Positions 4,988-13,952 of a stretch of DNA of 64,000 nt are shown piece after piece. Made by a program: the position numbers and the translations under genes. The notes beneath the pieces are model-generated. The model had not been told where the DNA came from. It was given only the letters and a program-made list of their open reading frames with translations, and ran no database searches. The stretch comes from an uncultured Coxiellaceae bacterium (GTDB lineage Bacteria > Myxococcota_A > Polyangia > Polyangiales > Houyiibacteriaceae): NCBI GenBank assembly GCA_964194675.1, contig CAXMND010000064.1:33809-97808 (forward strand). Direction: 5' to 3'. Position 1 is the first letter of the stretch. Each line of letters begins with the position of its first letter.

Positions 4988-6490
4988 ATGGAGGCGATGC
5001 GCACCGCTGTCCTATGCGCCCTCCTTCTCTCCTCGGCCTGCAGTGCCTATGACGACCTTCGGCTTCTCGATATCGAAGCGATCGAACCGCCGCAAATCGA
5101 GCCAGGAGGGACGCTCCGCATTCACGGAGAGGGCTTTCCGCTTGGGCGCTCCGCTGTCGTGAGCCTTCACGGAACCCTCCATCGACCGGGTGTCCCTGCG
5201 AGCCCCCTCGATGTACGCCTCCGTGCGGAGGTCCAGACCGAGACGCTCATCGAAGTCCCGATCGATGCCGAGTTCATGCGTTCGATCGGTGGTCGCGCCA
5301 CTTTGGAGGGGAGTCTACGGCTCATCTTTCGAGCCGCGAACGATCGCCGCGACGTGTTCGCTGAGCAGCCCGTTCTCGTTGACTTCCTACCCGACACCTC
5401 TGTTCAGCTTCGCACCGAGCCGAACGTGTACGAGCCGGTTCAATCTATCGACGGGCAGCACTTTGGTGTTGCGCTTTCGCGCGAAGAGTCTGGTACGATC
5501 GGTGTCCGCGTTGAGTCCGTCGATCCGCACAGCTTCGCGGCGACACAAGGAGTGCGTCCGGGCGACACCCTGGTTGGCCTCGATGGAATGCGCCTCTACA
5601 GTTGGCGCGATTTCTTCCCCGACCCGAGCCAAACCGAGTCGAGCGTGTGGGTCGCACGACCCGGCTTAGAGGGAGTGCATATGCTGCGCTGGTGGCACGA
5701 GGCGACCGAGCGTCGGGCCGATCCGCTGACGTTCGGCGTTTTGCTGCTCTTTGGGCTCCTGCTCGGGTGGCTTTCCCCGATGGCGCTCCGGCTCGGAAAG
5801 GCACCATCGGCCTCGATCGAGGTCTGGCTGACTCGACTGAGCCTCGTTCTCGTGTTCGTCGCGGCGCTCTTTTGTGCGTCCGCCCTGCAGTGGACGACGA
5901 TCTGGATCCTGGTCCTCGGATCGCTGGCCGCGCTCTTTTCGCTCGCCGCGCGAGACCGGGTTGCCATCACGAGCTTCGCGTTTGCCGTCCTCTCGACCCT
6001 CACGGTCATGCTCCTGGCTCGTACCGCAAGCATCGCGTCCATCGTAGCGGCCCAAGATGGGACGGTGCTCGATTGGTATCTTTTTCGGACGCCGGCGTCG
6101 ACCCTCGCCTTTGGTAGCTATCTCTACGCGCTCGGTGAGCTCGGCGGTCAGAACCGCCTCTCGGCCTCCCTCTATGCGTCCGCCGCCGCGGTTCTCGGAG
6201 CGGCGCTCTTCCTCGGTGGTTGGGAAACCACAGAGCCCGTTTTGGGCGTTTCACTGTTGGTTGCCAAGGCCGGCGCCATACTTCTAGGTGCGCGCTTCTT
6301 TCGGATGAGCCGCCAAGTCGCCATCTCGGCGTTGGGCCTCGGGCTCTCGCTTGCCCTCCTCGGAGCGTGGGCGGGTACCGACGTGCTGCTCTCCTATTGG
6401 AGCGCGCTCGCCGCGGGCTGCGTCGGGGCGGTGCTAGTCCGAGCAATCGTGCCGGCTTTGCACCGACCGTCGGTTCCTGCGGTCGCCTAG
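4988..6490 (+). CDS. Membrane lipoprotein with extracytoplasmic IPT-like and PDZ-like regions and a polytopic C-terminal domain
   Basis: I take the start at ATG 4988 (MEAMRTAVLCALLLSSAC, lipobox-like LSSAC). The upstream 59 codons of the track ORF are the hexamer array read as LALALT. QIEPGGTLRIHGEGFPLG looks IPT/TIG-like, and QGVRPGDTLVGLDGMRLYSWRDF looks PDZ-like. The last ~270 aa are multi-TM. Function unknown. Confidence 0.5.
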   Translation: MEAMRTAVLCALLLSSACSAYDDLRLLDIEAIEPPQIEPGGTLRIHGEGFPLGRSAVVSLHGTLHRPGVPASPLDVRLRAEVQTETLIEVPIDAEFMRSIGGRATLEGSLRLIFRAANDRRDVFAEQPVLVDFLPDTSVQLRTEPNVYEPVQSIDGQHFGVALSREESGTIGVRVESVDPHSFAATQGVRPGDTLVGLDGMRLYSWRDFFPDPSQTESSVWVARPGLEGVHMLRWWHEATERRADPLTFGVLLLFGLLLGWLSPMALRLGKAPSASIEVWLTRLSLVLVFVAALFCASALQWTTIWILVLGSLAALFSLAARDRVAITSFAFAVLSTLTVMLLARTASIASIVAAQDGTVLDWYLFRTPASTLAFGSYLYALGELGGQNRLSASLYASAAAVLGAALFLGGWETTEPVLGVSLLVAKAGAILLGARFFRMSRQVAISALGLGLSLALLGAWAGTDVLLSYWSALAAGCVGAVLVRAIVPALHRPSVPAVA

Positions 6491-6515
6491 CAGCGGAACC
6501 GTCCTAAGATCTTCC

Positions 6516-6890
6516 CTACGTCTGCGCTAAGAAATCTCGCAAGAGGGTCCGCTGCTGTTCCGATGGCGCCAAGAACTGCAATCCGGCAGTGACCGCGTCC
6601 TGGCCCGCGCGCTTCGTCCATCGCACCGATGCTGCGCATTCGAACGGCGCGCGGTCGGGATCTTCGATCCCATCTTGCGTCAAGAAGAAGCTCACCGTTA
6701 CCACTTCACCGACCGTCAGGGCCCTCGAGAACAACACCGCGGCACCTCCGGTGCTCAGATTCTGGGTCTCCGCGTGGAGGGTTTCGCCCGAGAGCGTGAG
6801 TTCGCAGGAGATCCGGATCGGGTAGCGCTCGTCCTCCCGCTTCTGAGGGTGAGTCTCCATCACTTCCTCATGATGAAGAAGACGGGCCAC
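6516..6890 (-). CDS. PilZ domain protein (c-di-GMP binding type)
   Basis: The RxxxR motif (RYPIR) and N-x-S-x-x-G motif (NLSTGG) sit at the canonical spacing. 124 aa, single domain. Confidence 0.75.
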   Translation of the reverse strand: MARLLHHEEVMETHPQKREDERYPIRISCELTLSGETLHAETQNLSTGGAAVLFSRALTVGEVVTVSFFLTQDGIEDPDRAPFECAASVRWTKRAGQDAVTAGLQFLAPSEQQRTLLRDFLAQT

Positions 6891-6923
6891 GTCGCAAAAT
6901 TGTGTGCACTACTCCGAACCGGT

Positions 6924-7475
6924 TTATTGGACAGATCGCCGTGCTCGACTCTGCGAGCGGACCGTGTTGGCTTCTCCGCGGAGCTCGGGATCGTTGGGCG
7001 TATCGCGCAATAGGTTCGCGTAGATGGCCAGCGAGCGCTTGTAATGGCCCTGGTCCGCCAAGATGCGGGCCATCGTGCGCGTCGGGAACGGCTCTTCGAA
7101 TGTGAAGTACGAGCCCGAAAAGACCCCTGCTGGCGGGCGTGAAGGGGGCGCCGAGCTTGGCGTTTTCGGAGGCGGTGCGGCGCCCGAAGGCGCGTCGGAG
7201 GGGGGCGCGAAGTGCTTCGTGTCGGCCTGCGCGGACTCGCCTTCCGGCTCGGCGTCCGAAAGCTGTTCGTCGGGCGTTGCGGTGGTTTGGAGAGCCCACT
7301 TGGCGAAGCCCAGCACGCGACCGAGGAACCCTTCCGGCGGAGGCCCCCCGACCCGGTCGCGGATCACGTGTATCAGCTGAGCCCGGCTCAATGCGTACGT
7401 GTCGTTCACGCCCAGCCGCTCCGCCTCCGCGCGAAGCTCAGGTGTGGTCAGATTGTAGAGCTTCGTCAGATCCAT
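6924..7475 (-). CDS. Hypothetical protein with Rho_N/SAP-like N-terminus, Pro-rich linker and TPR-like C-terminus
   Basis: MDLTKLYNLTTPELRAEAERLGVNDTYALSRAQLIHVI resembles the Rho N-terminal helix-hairpin motif. The C-terminus reads ARILADQGHYKRSLAIYANLL. It overlaps the ribF stop by 10 nt, so it is probably co-transcribed. Confidence 0.45.
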   Translation of the reverse strand: MDLTKLYNLTTPELRAEAERLGVNDTYALSRAQLIHVIRDRVGGPPPEGFLGRVLGFAKWALQTTATPDEQLSDAEPEGESAQADTKHFAPPSDAPSGAAPPPKTPSSAPPSRPPAGVFSGSYFTFEEPFPTRTMARILADQGHYKRSLAIYANLLRDTPNDPELRGEANTVRSQSRARRSVQ

Positions 7476-8395
7476 CGAGCCAGTTCCAGGTCCATCTCTT
7501 CTAGCGCGTTCTTCGCCTGCTCGCAGTCACGATCGATCTGATCGCGCAATTCCTGCAAACCGCCGAACCTATGCTCACCGCGAATGCGCGAGACGAAACC
7601 GACGCGGAGTCTCCTGCCGTAGAGATTCCCCTCGAAGTTGAAGAAATGTGGCTCGACCGAGCGGCCCGCGTCGAACGTTGGGCGCACGCCGAGGTTCGCG
7701 ACCCCATGGAGTAAGGGGGCATCCGCCTCGTCGAGCACCCGGGCGACGACCGAATAAACCCCATCTTTGGGCAGTTGCAGTGGTTCGACATCGAGATTCG
7801 CGGTGGGGAAGCCGATTTCTCGACCGCGCTGGTCTCCTCGGACGACTGTGCCGGCTACCTCGTGGACGCGGGTCATCATCAAGGCGGCGTCCTCTACGTT
7901 TCCGTCTTCCTTGAGGATCCGGCGGATACGAGTCGAAGAGATGGACTCACCCTCGTGCATGACGGGTTCGACCACCTCGACTGTGAATCCGACGCGCTCC
8001 CCCCATTCGCGCAGGGTGACGATGTTCCCGGATCGTTTGTGCCCAAAGTGAAAATCCGGTCCAATGACGACGCCCTTTGCGCAACACGCGTCCAGTAGCA
8101 CGCGCTCGACGAAGGCGTCTGGGGTGGTTTTCGCGAAGTCTGCATCGAACGGCAAAACAACCACATCATCACACCCCGCCCCCTTCAATAAGTCGACACG
8201 GCGAGGCATACCCGTGAGCAAGACCGGTGAGCGGTCGGGTGCCAGGATCGAGGTCGGATGCGGGTCGAAGCACATCGCTAGGGTTTGCCAACCATGCTCG
8301 TCGGCCGTGCGTTTTGCGGCGTCGATCAGCGCCCTGTGACCAAGGTGTACGCCATCGTGGTTGCCAGGGGTAACGACAGAAGGTGCTCGGCGCAT
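7466..8395 (-). CDS. ribF: Bifunctional riboflavin kinase / FMN adenylyltransferase
   Basis: VVTPGNHDGVHLGHRALI is the nucleotidyltransferase motif. The C-terminal riboflavin kinase region reads GFPTANL...GVANLGVRPTF. 309 aa. Confidence 0.95.
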   Translation of the reverse strand: MRRAPSVVTPGNHDGVHLGHRALIDAAKRTADEHGWQTLAMCFDPHPTSILAPDRSPVLLTGMPRRVDLLKGAGCDDVVVLPFDADFAKTTPDAFVERVLLDACCAKGVVIGPDFHFGHKRSGNIVTLREWGERVGFTVEVVEPVMHEGESISSTRIRRILKEDGNVEDAALMMTRVHEVAGTVVRGDQRGREIGFPTANLDVEPLQLPKDGVYSVVARVLDEADAPLLHGVANLGVRPTFDAGRSVEPHFFNFEGNLYGRRLRVGFVSRIRGEHRFGGLQELRDQIDRDCEQAKNALEEMDLELARWI

Positions 8396-8518
8396 CGGTT
8401 CAGGGGGGCGTGGAGCGGTGAACGTGCTCCGCCTTCAAGCACCTACAGCGCCCTCGGGGGCACTTCAACTCGAATGCGGTCGATACGCACGTTGGTGACG
8501 TTCGCCTTTCGGTGGGGT

Positions 8519-8797
8519 ATGGTTGAAAACATGAGGAATTCGAAGGGGAGGTCGAATCCCAAGGAAGAGGCTCCTTTTGAGGAAGTCATGGAGCGCCTCC
8601 AGACCGTTGTGGAGCAGCTCGAAGAGGGAGATTTGCCTCTCGAGCAGTCTTTGGCGATCTTTGAGGAGGGGGTTCGTTTGTCTCGCGCCGGTGCGAAACG
8701 ACTCGATGAGGCCGAGCGTAGGGTAGAGGAGCTCCTAGCCGCCGGAGACGAATTGCAGACCAACCCTCTGGAAGAAAGCGAAGCGGGGGAAGCATGA
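8519..8797 (+). CDS. xseB: Exodeoxyribonuclease VII small subunit
   Basis: PFEEVMERLQTVVEQLEEGDLPLEQSLAIFEEGVRLSRAGAKRLDEAERRVEEL is a typical XseB. The start is ATG 8519 or 8531. The longer track ORF from 8285 runs antisense over the ribF 5' end and is rejected. Confidence 0.85.
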   Translation: MVENMRNSKGRSNPKEEAPFEEVMERLQTVVEQLEEGDLPLEQSLAIFEEGVRLSRAGAKRLDEAERRVEELLAAGDELQTNPLEESEAGEA

Positions 8798-9960
8798 GCC
8801 AGGTCCTCACAGTACCGACACATTTCAACGATATTGGAGAGCTCTCCGAGGGCTTTCTCGACCGCGTCGAACAAGACACGCTCATTCTCTATGGGCCTGT
8901 TCCCTACGAAGACGGGTCCGACATCGACTTTGTGGTTTTGCTCGCGGATGGCACTACGGCCCTCGAAGGCAGCGGCCGGGTCCGTGCGGCGGTCGATGGT
9001 GGCGCCGAACGTGTTCCCGAGACTCGCTACGACGTGGTCCTAGAGGCGCTCGAGCTGGACGGTCGCTATGAAGTCGTCTTCGAGCGTCTCGTGATGGAGC
9101 GGCAGGCGGTCTCGGATCGTGCACCTGCCGAAGACGACGCGCCCGCCACGGGCGACATGGAGGCGACGCCCCCGGACGAAACAGACGACGGGAACGAAGC
9201 CGAAGAAGCGGCGGCCCCCGAGGTCAAGATCGCCGCCGAGGAAGTCTACTCCATACCCCCCGACGAAATCTTGTCCGTCCCGCCGGGCGACCTTGAAGAC
9301 GTGGAGTCTGCCGAAGAAGCCGAAGTTGCCGAAGAGGACGACGACGAGATGGAAATGAAGATGTCCGTCGAAGAGGCATCGGTCGACGACGCCACCGATT
9401 GGGACAAAGAATCGCCGGTCGAGCTTTCGATGGACGCACAAGCCACGCTCGAGAAGTACGCAGGCTCACACGAGGAGCAGGGTCCCGTCGGAGAGGCCTA
9501 CGACGAGGCCACTGCTTCCGAAGGGACATTCGAAGGAGCGTTGCAGGCTGAGTTCGATGAGGACGGCGAGCCGCTCGTGGCCGCTGAGCCCAATGTCGGC
9601 GCTCCGGTTCCAAAGCCTTCGATGGCCGCGCCGCCGGAGGTGCCCCCAGCACCAGCTGGTCTCGACTTCGTTCCGCCCCCAGACGGGCTCACGCGGCCTT
9701 CGCGAGCCAGCGCAAACGAAGACCTGATCGCCAGCTATGAAACGGCCGGGGAGGAAGAGAACTCGGGTCTTTTCGAGTACGAAGAAGGGCTCCCGATTCC
9801 ATCACGGCCGCCGCTCCCCGACCTAGACCCAGCGCGCCGCGTCGCCGCGGTTGAAGCAAACGATGTCGAAGACGTCGAAGACTCGGAGCCACCCGAGGCC
9901 GATGACGACTACGAGGAAATTCGACTCAGCGACCTTGCTGAAAGCGCCGAAGAGGGGTGA
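8794..9960 (+). CDS. Hyper-acidic low-complexity protein with a ~110-aa structured N-terminal domain
   Basis: Its ATG overlaps the xseB stop (ATGA). 388 aa, with long D/E/P/A-rich tracts after residue ~110. No family recognised. Confidence 0.5.
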   Translation: MSQVLTVPTHFNDIGELSEGFLDRVEQDTLILYGPVPYEDGSDIDFVVLLADGTTALEGSGRVRAAVDGGAERVPETRYDVVLEALELDGRYEVVFERLVMERQAVSDRAPAEDDAPATGDMEATPPDETDDGNEAEEAAAPEVKIAAEEVYSIPPDEILSVPPGDLEDVESAEEAEVAEEDDDEMEMKMSVEEASVDDATDWDKESPVELSMDAQATLEKYAGSHEEQGPVGEAYDEATASEGTFEGALQAEFDEDGEPLVAAEPNVGAPVPKPSMAAPPEVPPAPAGLDFVPPPDGLTRPSRASANEDLIASYETAGEEENSGLFEYEEGLPIPSRPPLPDLDPARRVAAVEANDVEDVEDSEPPEADDDYEEIRLSDLAESAEEG

Positions 9961-9966
9961 CGTCTC

Positions 9967-10281
9967 ATGAGACCCTTCGTTGCCGCCATCCTGTGCGCTT
10001 TGAGCCTACTGGTCACGACACATGCGAGCGCTGATGCGGTGGTCCACGTCATCGTACGCAATATCGACGAGCAGCCGGTCGACGGCCTCGTCAAGCTCAG
10101 GCCACTCGGTGACGGCAAGAGCTTCAACTGCTCAACCGTCAAGGGTGCCTGCACGATGCGCTCGGTCCCGGGCGGCAGCTACATCGTCACCTTCCAGCCC
10201 AGCAAGGGGAGCTCCCCCACCCCCCGCAAGGTCATGATTCCGCCTGACGGCGAAGCAGACCTTCATATCTCGGCGAAATAG
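9967..10281 (+). CDS. Small secreted protein, carboxypeptidase-regulatory-like beta-sandwich
   Basis: Signal peptide MRPFVAAILCALSLLVTTHASA. VVHVIVRNIDEQPVDGLVKL...SVPGGSYIVTF fits the CarboxypepD_reg pattern. Confidence 0.5.
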   Translation: MRPFVAAILCALSLLVTTHASADAVVHVIVRNIDEQPVDGLVKLRPLGDGKSFNCSTVKGACTMRSVPGGSYIVTFQPSKGSSPTPRKVMIPPDGEADLHISAK

Positions 10282-10346
10282 CGCCGGAGTTGGACCCGGG
10301 CGCCCTCAGAATGTAATCATTTCGAGCGGGGAAGCTCGCGAAGGGG

Positions 10347-12359
10347 ATGCGAAGTAGCCGGATACTGTCCTGCCTGGCAGGGATTGTCGTGTTGGGGTGC
10401 GCGGTGTTCGTTCGTGCGGATGGCGATCGACCTGACGCCGGGACGCGCGACGACCAGCTGCTTCTCTCCCAGAACAGTTTTAGCGGGCCTACCGGTGGCA
10501 TCCGCGTCGTCGATGCGTCCTCCGGCCCGAAAGGCACCTTCCGGCTTGCGCTGAACACCGAGTTCTTCCTCATTCGGGACTACTTCGTCCCGAATGACAG
10601 GACGCAGCACTTTGCCGGCAACCTTTCGCTGAGCGTGACTGCGACCGACTACCTCGAAGTGTTCGCATCGGCCGAGGTCACGTCGGCTTGGGACAATTCG
10701 ACCGATCCGATGTTGGTGCAGCGCGTGGCCGACGCCTTGATCGGGCTCAAAGGCTATCACTGGGTCAAGCCCTGGGTCGCGCTCGGCGGCGATGCGAGCA
10801 TTGGGTTCCCAGGCGGCGTAGGCGACATGAAAGCAACGTTTCGAGCCACGAGCGTCGGGCTTCGCGTGAATGCGACCCTCGACTTCCGAACGTATCACCG
10901 TCGCAAGCTGCCGCTGATCACGAGGCTCAATGGGCAATACTGGTTCGACAACTCGGCGAAGCTCACCGGGAGTATCGGTACCGAGGGTCCGCTCACTCCT
11001 TTTGAACGCTTCGCTTACGGGATCAACGAAACCGACACGTTCCGGATCGGTGCGGGGGTCGAGGCGCCGCTCGAAGCCGGCAAAGTGGGCCTCCATCCCC
11101 TGCTCGACTGGCGTTGGGACATTCCCGTCAATCGACAAGATTTCCAGTGTGCCTCGGCGAGCCTCCCCGGTGGCGACAACTGTCTCTCCGACGTCGGGGT
11201 CAAAGCGTATCCGATGACCCTGACGATCGGCCTACGCGTGTATACGCCTCCCAAAGGGCTGACGTTCACGGTCGCTGCAGACGTCGGCCTCACTGGCACA
11301 AGCGATTTCGTGCGCGAGCTCGCTCCGAATGCGCCCTACAACATCCTCTTCGGCATCGCCTACGCTGTGGATCCGCGTCCCCGTCATGTCTCGGAGGAGC
11401 CGGTGACCGTGCCGGCGCCGCGCGTACCAGCCGCCGAGGGCCGCGTTTACGGCTTCGTGGTTGACGCGCACAGCGACCAGGCTGTCGCGAACGCCCGTGT
11501 CACGGTGGTCGGACAGAAGCCGTCCCCCCAGACCAGTGACGACGACGGACGCTTCATCACTTATGCGGTCCCAGTCGGCGAGGTTACCCTCGAGGTCAGT
11601 CATTCCGAGTATGAACCCACGGAGTGCCTCGCATCGTTTGTAGAGCCCGATCCCTTGGAGGAGATCGAGCCAATCGCTGAGGTGATCTGCCGGATGACTC
11701 CGAGCAGCCTGGAAGGCGGTCTCCGGATCACCGTCGTCGGCAAGAAGGGCAGGCCCGTTCCAGCCGTTGCGGTCACCATACGCGGTCCTTCCGACCATAG
11801 GCTGGTGTCCGACGACACCGGACAGGCTTTCGTCGAGCTTCCGGCCGGGCGATACACCGCCTACATCGACGACCCCGCGTATCTCGTCGCGGTGAGTGAC
11901 GTCGCGGTCGCCCCCCGCGAGGAAGCCATGCTGACGCTCAAGATCTTGCCGAAGCCATCCCGCCCGCGGGTCATAGTGCGGGGCCAGCGGATCATTCTCC
12001 GCAGTCAGGTGAGCTTCGCCACCGGAAGCAACGAGATCCTGCCGAACAGCGAGCCCTTGCTCCTCGAGGTCGCCGACGTCTTGCTCCGTGACCCTTCTCT
12101 CGAGCTCATCGAGATTCAGGGCCACACCGACAATCGCGGCGAGCGAGAGCTCAACATGAAGCTATCGCAGAGCCGTGCCGAGGCCGTACGGGAGTGGTTG
12201 GTCGGGCACGGCGTCGAGCCCGCGCGACTGATCGCTAAAGGCTACGGCCCGACCCGTCCGATCGTGCCCAACATCACCGCGCATAACCGCGCCCGCAACC
12301 GCCGGGTTCAGTTCACGATTGTGCGTCGCGCTGGAGCGAGCGCCGCCGCAACACCGTGA
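10347..12359 (+). CDS. OmpA-family outer-membrane protein
   Basis: Signal peptide, then a beta-rich N-terminal half with internal CarboxypepD_reg-like repeats (GRVYGFVVDAHSDQAVANARVTV...). The C-terminal OmpA_C domain reads IEIQGHTDNRGERELNMKLSQSRAEAVREWL...RNRRVQFTIV. Confidence 0.85.
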   Translation: MRSSRILSCLAGIVVLGCAVFVRADGDRPDAGTRDDQLLLSQNSFSGPTGGIRVVDASSGPKGTFRLALNTEFFLIRDYFVPNDRTQHFAGNLSLSVTATDYLEVFASAEVTSAWDNSTDPMLVQRVADALIGLKGYHWVKPWVALGGDASIGFPGGVGDMKATFRATSVGLRVNATLDFRTYHRRKLPLITRLNGQYWFDNSAKLTGSIGTEGPLTPFERFAYGINETDTFRIGAGVEAPLEAGKVGLHPLLDWRWDIPVNRQDFQCASASLPGGDNCLSDVGVKAYPMTLTIGLRVYTPPKGLTFTVAADVGLTGTSDFVRELAPNAPYNILFGIAYAVDPRPRHVSEEPVTVPAPRVPAAEGRVYGFVVDAHSDQAVANARVTVVGQKPSPQTSDDDGRFITYAVPVGEVTLEVSHSEYEPTECLASFVEPDPLEEIEPIAEVICRMTPSSLEGGLRITVVGKKGRPVPAVAVTIRGPSDHRLVSDDTGQAFVELPAGRYTAYIDDPAYLVAVSDVAVAPREEAMLTLKILPKPSRPRVIVRGQRIILRSQVSFATGSNEILPNSEPLLLEVADVLLRDPSLELIEIQGHTDNRGERELNMKLSQSRAEAVREWLVGHGVEPARLIAKGYGPTRPIVPNITAHNRARNRRVQFTIVRRAGASAAATP

Positions 12360-13272
12360 CCGCTAGCAAGGCGAGAAGAAGCGCTCCCCAGGGGGACTCG
12401 CCAGAGCTGACTCTTGCTGCCGAGCAGCCCCCGCTGGAGGGGATCGGAGTCGGATCGGTGCAGTTTGGGGGACCATCGTTTTCGCAGTTGAGATCCAAGC
12501 CACCGACGACATCGGGGTTGCACGAATCATCGAGACTACCCGGCGGATAGATCGCGCACACCGCGCGGATGTCGTCCTGCTCAAGCGTTCGCTTCGACAC
12601 TTCAGTGCGTGCCGAGGACGGAGCCATGGTGGCGCCGTCGACGTTGGAATGGCCGATACCGATGAAGTGTCCGACTTCGTGCGTCACGATGCTCTGCAAG
12701 TCCACCGGGCCCGGGTTGCCGGTCGTGCCGGGCTCGCATCCCGATTCCGAACAGCGCTCATAGGGGCCCAGGAGATCGTTGATCATCATGTCGGCATCGA
12801 AAATCTCACCGGTTGAGGTGTTGTGCCAAACGATGGTGACGGCGAACGCGTTCGGCGAGTACTCGCTGCCGCATTGGTCTTCCCAGGGATCGAGAAATGC
12901 GATCGTGTTGACGTTGCCGCTCTCTCGGAACTCCGCTCGCTGGCACGTCGACGAGTTGAGTGGCTTGAAAATCAAGTCGACGGGTTCTCCGTCGCAGGTC
13001 TCGTTTTGCCACGTGTTGAAGGAGGTATCGACCACCTGCTCGACGTCGCTGAATGGCATCCAGCTGCTGCCGCGTCGATCGATGGCATACGAAAGACATG
13101 CGACGGGCCACTCGAGAAACTCGCCGCGCTCGAGGCAGATCTGGTTGCCAACTTGGGTGCCGCCGTCGGTCGTCATTCGGCAAAATGCCGAGGCGTGGCC
13201 GGCCGTCAGCGCCGCGACCAACATCAGCCCGATCGCGAGCGCGAGAAGAACACGGCTACTCAAGGGTCCCAC
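12313..13272 (-). CDS. Secreted matrixin-type (M10-like) zinc metalloprotease with MYXO-CTERM-like tail
   Basis: HEVGHFIGIGHS is the HExxHxxGxxH motif, followed by a Met-turn (GATMAP). N-terminal signal peptide. The C-terminus GGCSAARVSSGESPWGALLLALLAVTVLRRRS has a Cys, a hydrophobic helix and an Arg cluster. The last 47 nt overlap the convergent OmpA gene. Confidence 0.8.
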   Translation of the reverse strand: MGPLSSRVLLALAIGLMLVAALTAGHASAFCRMTTDGGTQVGNQICLERGEFLEWPVACLSYAIDRRGSSWMPFSDVEQVVDTSFNTWQNETCDGEPVDLIFKPLNSSTCQRAEFRESGNVNTIAFLDPWEDQCGSEYSPNAFAVTIVWHNTSTGEIFDADMMINDLLGPYERCSESGCEPGTTGNPGPVDLQSIVTHEVGHFIGIGHSNVDGATMAPSSARTEVSKRTLEQDDIRAVCAIYPPGSLDDSCNPDVVGGLDLNCENDGPPNCTDPTPIPSSGGCSAARVSSGESPWGALLLALLAVTVLRRRSLQRDAQS

Positions 13273-13855
13273 CCGCTTGCTCTCGCACGATCGTGCTTAC
13301 TCTCTCGAGGAAGGCTTTCAGTCGCTCCTTGCGAGGGAGGGCGCCGGGGCTCCGTTTGAGCAGGCCGTCCGCACCGCGCCGCACTAGAAGCAAACCCTCA
13401 CGGCTCTGGAAGACGGTTTCGTCTCCTGCGTCCATCCGAATGCGCATCACGCCCTGCGCCATTCCAACCGGCCGAAACGCGAGCTGGTTGCCCTCTCGCA
13501 TGAAGATGACTGCGCGCTCGCCGACCGAGAACGTCGGCTCTCCCTCGACGCGCATGCCGAGGTCTCCGATCTGCCCTCCGAGCACCTGGATGATCACCTC
13601 GGGCTCATCGTCCTTGGTCGGGGCGTCACCTCGCAGCTCACGCTCGACCTCGACGCGATACCAAGTGGCGATGGTGCCATCGCCACGCTGAAAGGCCTCG
13701 GCGAGAACCACCCGCCCGACGACGATCCGGTCGGACTGTGCAACGAGCTCCGACAGGTCTAGGGCCTGAACGATGGACCCATTGGCGGGGCTAGCCGTAA
13801 TTAGGGCGGCGAGCAGAACCGCGCACAGTCCCAAGAGCGCTCTGAATCTAAGCAT
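13256..13855 (-). CDS. Secreted hypothetical protein, co-transcribed with the matrixin
   Basis: Signal peptide MLRFRALLGLCAVLLAALITASPANG. 199 aa. Its stop overlaps the matrixin start by 17 nt. No family recognised. Confidence 0.5.
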   Translation of the reverse strand: MLRFRALLGLCAVLLAALITASPANGSIVQALDLSELVAQSDRIVVGRVVLAEAFQRGDGTIATWYRVEVERELRGDAPTKDDEPEVIIQVLGGQIGDLGMRVEGEPTFSVGERAVIFMREGNQLAFRPVGMAQGVMRIRMDAGDETVFQSREGLLLVRRGADGLLKRSPGALPRKERLKAFLERVSTIVREQAGGTLE

Positions 13856-13915
13856 TTTCTAACCCTGCAGTCCTCACCCAGGGTCGTCAAGCGATCGGGA
13901 TCACGACGATCTCAA

Positions 13916-13945
13916 TTGACAATTTCGTCCGAGTCTTCGTACACC
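13916..13945 (+). promoter_or_regulatory. Candidate sigma70-type promoter giving a near-leaderless tatT mRNA
   Basis: Perfect TTGACA (13916-13921), an 18-nt spacer, then TACACC (13940-13945). The tatT ATG at 13953 lies only ~7 nt downstream and has no SD. The -10 element is weak. Confidence 0.25.
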
Positions 13946-13952
13946 TGTTCCC

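Noticed and set aside
8285-8518. An upstream extension of the xseB ORF
   Set aside because: It is antisense to the ribF 5' end and promoter region and has no XseB-like sequence before residue ~79.
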